64,000 nt of DNA, taken from Bacillota bacterium. Its GTDB lineage: Bacteria > Bacillota > Limnochordia > DTU080. Below the pieces are notes generated by a model that ran no database searches, had not been told where the DNA came from, and saw only the letters and a list, made by a program, of their open reading frames with translations. Below are positions 58,797 through 64,000 of the stretch, one piece after another. How positions within the stretch are numbered: the first letter of the stretch is position 1; every line of letters begins with the position of its first letter. The stretch lies in contig DULU01000088.1 of assembly GCA_012840225.1 (NCBI GenBank), positions 6,895-70,894 of the forward strand, in the 5' to 3' direction. The translations under genes were made by a program, and so were the position numbers.

Positions 58797-60398
58797 CTAT
58801 GTGGTGCGCTGTCGGCTGTGCCGGACGGCTTCTTGTGCCCGCCGCCAGTTCATGTATTCGTTGAACGTACCTGGATACACCTCAATGCGCTCGTCCCTGA
58901 TGCACAGCACTTTGGTGCAGACGTTTTGGATCAGGTAGCGGTCGTGCGACACCACCAGAATGGTGCCATCGTAGGCGCGCAAGGCTTCTTCCAGCTTCTC
59001 CCGCGCCGGTAAGTCGAGGTGGTTGGTAGGCTCATCCAATACCAGGACGTTGTATCCGCACAAAAGGAGACGGATTAAAGCCACCCGCTTTCTTTCGCCG
59101 TAGCTCAAAGCTTGCAGCGGCTTGCACCAGGTCTCTTGCGGGAAGAGAAACGAGGCCAGCAAGTAGCAGGTGCGTTGTCGTCCTTCCGGAGTGCGGACAG
59201 GCAGGAGCGACAAGACACCATCCAGCAAGGTGGCTGACAGGTCAAGGCTCTCCATCTCCTGCTCCAGGTAACCCGGTCGCAGGCTGGGAGTGCGCCACAC
59301 GTTGCCCCAGGTGGGCTGCTCTTCTCCGAGCAGCAAGCGAAGCAAGGTCGTTTTACCGGCGCCGTTTGGGCCGATGATGCCCACCTTTTCACCGTGCAGA
59401 ATGGCGAAGTCGGCGTGACGGAAAAGCGGACGGCTGTAGGCGTGACCCAAATCGGTGGCCAAAAACACCCGGTTTCCTGTGCGCTGCTCCTGATCCAGTT
59501 GCAGCGATATGGCTGCTTGTGCCTTGGGCTTTTCAACACTGCGCTCTTTTAGGCGCTCCAGCCGCTTGATGGTGGCCTTGGCTCGCTGCGCTCCCTTTTT
59601 TGCCTTGCTCCGGTAGAAGTCATGCTGGCCGGCCCGGCGATGCGCCGCCAAAAACCAGCGCATTTGCCGGTCGATGGCTGCCTCAATGCGCTTTATTTCC
59701 CGCTGGGTATTGGTGTAATTGCGCAGTTGCTGCTGGAAAGCGGCTTCCTTCTGCTGCCGGTAATTGTCGTAGTTGCCGTTGTATGCGGTGATGCCGTTCG
59801 GTGAGAGTTCGAGTATCCTCCCGGCTACCTGGTTGAGAAAGTAGCGGTCGTGGGAGATCACCAGCACAGTGTGTGGGTAGTCCCGCACGAACCCTTCCAG
59901 CCACGCTATGCCTTCATAATCGAGGTGATTGGTGGGCTCATCGAGCAGCAGTAGGTCCGGTAGCGACAGCCATATGCGGGCCAAAGCCAGCCGGGTTTTC
60001 TGCCCACCGCTTAAGTGCTCAGCCGGCAGGTTGGCATCTGCACCACTAAACCCGAAGCGGGCGAGCGCTTCGGCTGCGGTAGCGCGGGCAGCTGCACCTA
60101 GCATCGCTTCTTCGGCGGACAACACAGCAACCGCTGTGGCAGCAGGACCAAACTCCGGGTATTGGGGTAGGTAGCCGCACGTAACACGGTCGGAAAGATA
60201 GGTGACTGAACCGAATGTGGGCTCATCAAGGCCGGCCAAAATGCGGAACAGCGTGCTCTTGCCGACGCCATTCGGTCCCACCAGGGCGGCCTTTTCACCT
60301 GTGCTCAATATAAAATTCACGTTGTGGAAAACGGTGTACCAGCCAAAGCTCTTGGCCAGGTTGGTCACGCGCAACAGAGTCTGAGACAAAGCGAACAC
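58797..60398 (-). CDS. ABC-F family ATPase (two ABC domains joined by a long linker of about 95 aa); possible ARE-type ribosomal-protection protein
   Basis: Two Walker A motifs (GPNGVGKST, GPNGAGKTT), two LSGGQ signatures, no TM domain. Start GTG 60398 or TTG 60389 behind a GGGGGTG SD-like sequence. Confidence 0.8.
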   Translation of the reverse strand: MFALSQTLLRVTNLAKSFGWYTVFHNVNFILSTGEKAALVGPNGVGKSTLFRILAGLDEPTFGSVTYLSDRVTCGYLPQYPEFGPAATAVAVLSAEEAMLGAAARATAAEALARFGFSGADANLPAEHLSGGQKTRLALARIWLSLPDLLLLDEPTNHLDYEGIAWLEGFVRDYPHTVLVISHDRYFLNQVAGRILELSPNGITAYNGNYDNYRQQKEAAFQQQLRNYTNTQREIKRIEAAIDRQMRWFLAAHRRAGQHDFYRSKAKKGAQRAKATIKRLERLKERSVEKPKAQAAISLQLDQEQRTGNRVFLATDLGHAYSRPLFRHADFAILHGEKVGIIGPNGAGKTTLLRLLLGEEQPTWGNVWRTPSLRPGYLEQEMESLDLSATLLDGVLSLLPVRTPEGRQRTCYLLASFLFPQETWCKPLQALSYGERKRVALIRLLLCGYNVLVLDEPTNHLDLPAREKLEEALRAYDGTILVVSHDRYLIQNVCTKVLCIRDERIEVYPGTFNEYMNWRRAQEAVRHSRQRTT

Positions 60399-60419
60399 CC
60401 CCGGATTTTACTGGGGGTG
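60394..60419 (-). promoter_or_regulatory. Hairpin CACCCCC-N10-GGGGGTG sequestering the SD-like sequence and GTG start codon of the ABC-F gene (candidate translational attenuator)
   Basis: Read from the minus-strand reverse complement. 7-bp perfect stem. Its 5' arm overlaps the 3' arm of an alternative 9-bp pairing GGTGAGAGC/GCTCTCACC. Confidence 0.5.
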
Positions 60420-60506
60420 AGAGCATCAGCAGCGCGTGAACACAATCCCACACCGGCTAGGTGGGGGAGAAAGAGGGACCTATCTTAGCAGCGGCTGCTG
60501 CAGCTC

Positions 60507-60551
60507 TCACCCGAGATTTGCTTTGGAGTCAGAGCTGATGTAAATCCGCAT
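60507..60551 (-). CDS. Candidate 14-codon leader peptide MRIYISSDSKANLG upstream of the ABC-F gene
   Basis: AAGGAG at 60558-60563, 6-nt spacer, ATG at 60551, TGA at 60507-60509. A candidate promoter TTGTGC-17-TAAACT lies at 60615-60643 (minus). Confidence 0.45.
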   Translation of the reverse strand: MRIYISSDSKANLG

Positions 60552-60644
60552 TTGCGTCTCCTTGCGCGTGCCCGCCGGGATTCGCAGCCGGTAGAACAAC
60601 CGGCCGCATTCAGAAGTTTACCACGAATCGAGTGATGGCACAAG

Positions 60645-60703
60645 AGCGCTGTTACACCAGCGCCAAACCACGCAACAGCACCAAACCACGCAACAGCGCC
60701 AAA
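60645..60703. repeat. 2.5 copies of an 18-bp tandem repeat GGTTTGG(C/T)GCTGTTGCGT (minus-strand sense) directly after the stop of the 432-aa gene
   Basis: Visible. Followed by a GCGCTG-GTGTAA-CAGCGC hairpin. Confidence 0.65.
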
Positions 60704-60705
60704 CC

Positions 60706-62004
60706 TCACAGCAAATCAAATCCTCGGCTAGGTCGGCGCGCTCGGCGTACGAGCAATCCGGCCGGATAGCCATATCCTGTAGCAAAGTTGAAGCCGTACA
60801 TATAAACCATCACAGGCGCATCAGCAGTTACTGTGTGTTCACCGGGTCCCACTTCCAGCGCAACCCACATATGATTGCTGTTCGGCATCGCAGCAAAACC
60901 ATCTACCGGTGCGCCATCCAAAGCCACGTTGGTTCCGGGGGGCGCCACTATATTGATATAGTTCATTGAATATTCAGGTATGCTAAAAAAGCGGTGTTCC
61001 GTCAGAAAGCGGTTGGTAGGAATGATCTGCATGAAAAAAGGGTCCCGATCGTTGTTCGGAGGCGGATTGAGCCCACCGCTGCCATACTGCCCGACATATA
61101 TCCGCCTATTGCTGGTTACATGTACCGGAAGGCTGTAAATGCTATCGAATACCTCGCCTGCGTTGAGGGTTACGATCATTGGGTCAATGCCGTCATCCAG
61201 CCTGACAATGGTGTTGTCCTTGATGGCCAGCACACGCACCAAATTGGCTGTCCCGTTTTGCAAAGGCGGAATCAAGTAGTCTATTCCCAACAAAGATGTA
61301 GGGATGAGCTGCTCCGCCAAATAGTCGCATGACATTATGGTTGGAGGTATATCAGCGCAGCGGTTTCCGCCATATATGGCAATGGGCTTATTGGCAGTGA
61401 CGATAGTGCCTGTGGTGTCGCCTTTATGGCCGCAGGCATACTGCCATGTTTGCCCTTGGTTCAGCGTAATGTGAATCGGTTCCCCGGTCTGGCTGCCTGA
61501 TAAGCTGACACAGCTGGGAATCACTGTTATACTTGTACCGTCTTCCGTGGCTACTATTGTCATTTGGCTTGGAGCTAAGTCCGGATCTACTCCTCTATCG
61601 CTGATGTCTTCACGGTAGGCCAACGTCGCCAACGGCTGATGTGCCGTAAGCGGCAGACTGGCCAGAGCAGCCACCGGCAGCGCCAGATAGGCTTCAGTCG
61701 AGGTAGTAGGCAGCTCGGGACTGTAAAAAACTACAGTGACCGGATGGCTGGCAGTTACCCGAATCCCTTTGTCCTCGATAACCTCATTAGAGCGTATTGC
61801 TGCTTGCGACGGAATTGTGACCAAACCTGGACTGCCGGGCGAAGCAGTACCTGCCACATTAAACGCCAAACCGGGAATAGCCACCTCAAAGTCGGTGTTG
61901 GCCATGTCTGCCATAATAACGATCTGCCCATTGTCGTCGTTATCGAAGTTGCCGGGATAGGCCAACCAAAACAATGTACCTTTATGAGTGATGTTGTCGG
62001 CCAT
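60706..62004 (-). CDS. Hypothetical 432-aa protein, possibly an IgGFc-binding-protein N-terminal-like domain; no signal peptide
   Basis: Long ORF with motifs CDYLAEQLIP, YVGQYGSG, DPFFMQIIPT. Domain assignment is from memory and is weak. Paralog of the fragment at 58164..58598. Confidence 0.5.
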   Translation of the reverse strand: MADNITHKGTLFWLAYPGNFDNDDNGQIVIMADMANTDFEVAIPGLAFNVAGTASPGSPGLVTIPSQAAIRSNEVIEDKGIRVTASHPVTVVFYSPELPTTSTEAYLALPVAALASLPLTAHQPLATLAYREDISDRGVDPDLAPSQMTIVATEDGTSITVIPSCVSLSGSQTGEPIHITLNQGQTWQYACGHKGDTTGTIVTANKPIAIYGGNRCADIPPTIMSCDYLAEQLIPTSLLGIDYLIPPLQNGTANLVRVLAIKDNTIVRLDDGIDPMIVTLNAGEVFDSIYSLPVHVTSNRRIYVGQYGSGGLNPPPNNDRDPFFMQIIPTNRFLTEHRFFSIPEYSMNYINIVAPPGTNVALDGAPVDGFAAMPNSNHMWVALEVGPGEHTVTADAPVMVYMYGFNFATGYGYPAGLLVRRARRPSRGFDLL

Positions 62005-62198
62005 TTTTAATCACTCCTGTTGCCAGGCAAGAGATAAATAAGATAATATCTAGGATATGTCTACCTGGTGCGAAGGCCATGAGAACAATTTCCGCTTTTA
62101 CGGTTTTTATCCATATATACAAATAGAGGCTGCCCCAATTGAGCCTCTGGGACAGCCCCGTACACAATTCTCAGGAGCGCCGAACTACGGCTGCATCT

Positions 62199-64000
62199 TT
62201 AGCCGGCGGCGCTTTGCGAGAGCACATAGCCGAATTGACTGTTATACAACTCGGCATAGAACCCGCCTTTGGCCAGCAGTTCCTCGTGCTTTCCTTTCTC
62301 CACCAGGCGGCCTTCGTTCATCACCAAAATAACATCGGCGTTTCTGATGGTGGAAAGGCGGTGGGCAATGACGAAACTGGTGCGCCCTTTCATCAGCTGC
62401 AGCATCACTTGCTGGATGCGCACCTCGGTGCGCGTGTCGACGTTGCTGGTGGCTTCGTCCAGAATCAGCATGGACGGATTGGCCAAAATGGCCCGGGCAA
62501 TACACAGCAACTGCTTTTGACCTTGTGAGATGTTGGAGACGTCTTCGTTCAGCACCGTGTCGTAACCGTTGGGCAGGGTGCGGATGAAGTTGTCCGCCCA
62601 GGCCGCTTTGGCAGCCGCCACGATCTCTTCGTCGGTGACATCGTCCCGGCCGTAGGCGATGTTCTCCCGAATGGTGCCGCTGAATAGCCAGGTGTCCTGC
62701 AACACCATCCCGAACATGCTGCGCAGATCGCCGCGGCGCAGATCGGCGATGTTGACACCGTCCACTGTGATGCGGCCCGCATCAACCTCATAAAAGCGCA
62801 TCAGCAGGTTGACCAGGGTCGTCTTACCCGCTCCTGTGGGACCGACAATGGCCACGGTCTGTCCCGGTTTGGCCACCAGGTTCATATCGCTGATCAGCGG
62901 TTCGTGTTTGTTGTAGGAGAAAGCCACGTTCTCAAAACGAATCTCGCCCTGCGGTGCAGCAATCACCTTGGCCTCCTGTGGGTCAGGTATCTCTTCTTCC
63001 TCGTCGAGCAATTCGAATACCCGCTCCGCCGAGGCCACGGTAGATTGCAGGATGTTGGCTATGCCGGCGATCTCCTGGATGGGCCGGGAAAACTGGCGGG
63101 AATACTGGATGAAAGCCTGCAGGTCGCCAATGGTCATCGCCCGGCGGGTGATCAACACGCTTCCCACCACGCAAATGACGACATAGTCGATGTTGTTCAC
63201 CAGCATCATCAGCGGCATGATCGTTCCGCTGATGAACTGCGCCCGCCAGCCGACGTCGCACAATCTGGAGTTGCTTTCCTCAAACTCGGCCACCGATTGC
63301 GCCTCCCGGCCAAAGGCCTTCACGACCATGTGACCGGTAAGCATCTCTTCCACATGGCCGTTCAATTGACCTAAGGTGCGCTGCTGTTGACGGAAGTATT
63401 CCCGTGAGCGCTTGATGATCGGCCTGGTGATGAAGAGGTTCAGCGACAGGGTGATCACGCAGAGCAGGGTGAGGATGGGGCTGATGGTGAGCATCATAAC
63501 GGTGACACCAATCAGCATGACGGTCGCGTCCATTATCTGGGTGATGCTCTGCTGCAATGTGCCGGCCAGGTTGTCGACGTCGTTGGTCACCCGGCTCAGA
63601 AGCTCACCGTGGGTGCGGCCGTCGAAAAAGCGCAGCGGTAGGCGCGACAGTTTCTTGCTCACCTGTTGGCGCAGTTCATATACAATACCCTGAGCCAAAC
63701 CGGCCATCAGATACTCCTGGGCATACCTCAACAAGGCGCTGCACACATACAACCCGCCCAGCATGAGCAGCACTTGCGCCAGGCGGGCGAAATCGATCGC
63801 CGCTCCGCTCTCGCCGTGCAAGCGGGCGGAGAAGCCTGTAGCCAAAATGTTGGTGGCCGTCCCCATCACCTTTGGCGTGAACACCGTGAACACCGAGCTG
63901 CCGACAGCCATACACAGCACGGCCAAGAGGCGCGGCCAGCGTGACTTGAGGTAGCGCACCAAGCGCCGCAGCGAGCCCTTGAAATCCTTAGCTTTCTCCA
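62199..64000 (-). CDS. ABC exporter, fused permease/ATPase (MsbA/type-I exporter-like); the N-terminus probably extends beyond the window
   Basis: 6-TM domain plus NBD (GPTGAGKTT, LSGGQ, ILDEATS). The reading frame stays open upstream of the TTG at 63962 (...FKGSLRRLVRYLKSRW) up to the window edge. Confidence 0.8.
   Translation of the reverse strand, partial: EKAKDFKGSLRRLVRYLKSRWPRLLAVLCMAVGSSVFTVFTPKVMGTATNILATGFSARLHGESGAAIDFARLAQVLLMLGGLYVCSALLRYAQEYLMAGLAQGIVYELRQQVSKKLSRLPLRFFDGRTHGELLSRVTNDVDNLAGTLQQSITQIMDATVMLIGVTVMMLTISPILTLLCVITLSLNLFITRPIIKRSREYFRQQQRTLGQLNGHVEEMLTGHMVVKAFGREAQSVAEFEESNSRLCDVGWRAQFISGTIMPLMMLVNNIDYVVICVVGSVLITRRAMTIGDLQAFIQYSRQFSRPIQEIAGIANILQSTVASAERVFELLDEEEEIPDPQEAKVIAAPQGEIRFENVAFSYNKHEPLISDMNLVAKPGQTVAIVGPTGAGKTTLVNLLMRFYEVDAGRITVDGVNIADLRRGDLRSMFGMVLQDTWLFSGTIRENIAYGRDDVTDEEIVAAAKAAWADNFIRTLPNGYDTVLNEDVSNISQGQKQLLCIARAILANPSMLILDEATSNVDTRTEVRIQQVMLQLMKGRTSFVIAHRLSTIRNADVILVMNEGRLVEKGKHEELLAKGGFYAELYNSQFGYVLSQSAAG

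Noticed and set aside
58611-59012. ORF 58611..59012+ downstream of the pseudogene fragment
   Set aside because: Its 3' two-thirds overlaps the C-terminal coding region of the well-supported ABC-F gene on the opposite strand, and it has no motifs. It is treated as spurious.

Overview
This is a high-GC (~60%) core chromosomal segment from a sporulating Firmicute. The taxon is inferred from spoVT, spoVS, spoIIP, spoIVA and ytfI/ytfJ plus Bacillus/Clostridia-like synteny (cinA-thpR-recA-recX-rny, scpAB, cmk-plsC-rpsA, DUF3189-DUF512-der, hom-thrC-thrB-lysC). Nearly all genes from 10.2 kb to 57.7 kb are on the + strand. There are two tRNAs: Ala(CGC) and Pro(GGG).

Three regions are unusual:
- Positions 1.2-10.2 kb: two paralogous cassettes, each a SNF2-family helicase with a YqhG-like partner, sit convergently around a MrfA/YprA-like DEAH helicase with a DUF1998 zinc domain. 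One partner carries a coiled-coil plus a C-terminal array of eight CxxC motifs.
- Downstream of tRNA-Pro (57.9-64 kb, minus strand): a small accessory block contains an inverted pseudogene fragment, an ABC-F ATPase, a 432-aa protein of unknown function and an ABC exporter. The ABC-F ATPase is preceded by a 14-codon leader ORF and mutually exclusive hairpins, one of which sequesters the Shine-Dalgarno-like sequence and start codon, which suggests antibiotic-responsive attenuation.
- Intergenic tandem repeat arrays at the spoVT 3' end (11-bp unit) and at 51.1-51.4 kb.

Other points: an AroH chorismate mutase fused to a HisC-type aminotransferase inside an aro/tyr cluster, and many in-frame low-complexity tandem expansions in otherwise conserved genes. 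No CRISPR array, rRNA, integrase or transposase was seen. All calls rest on motif recognition and synteny; no database search was possible.
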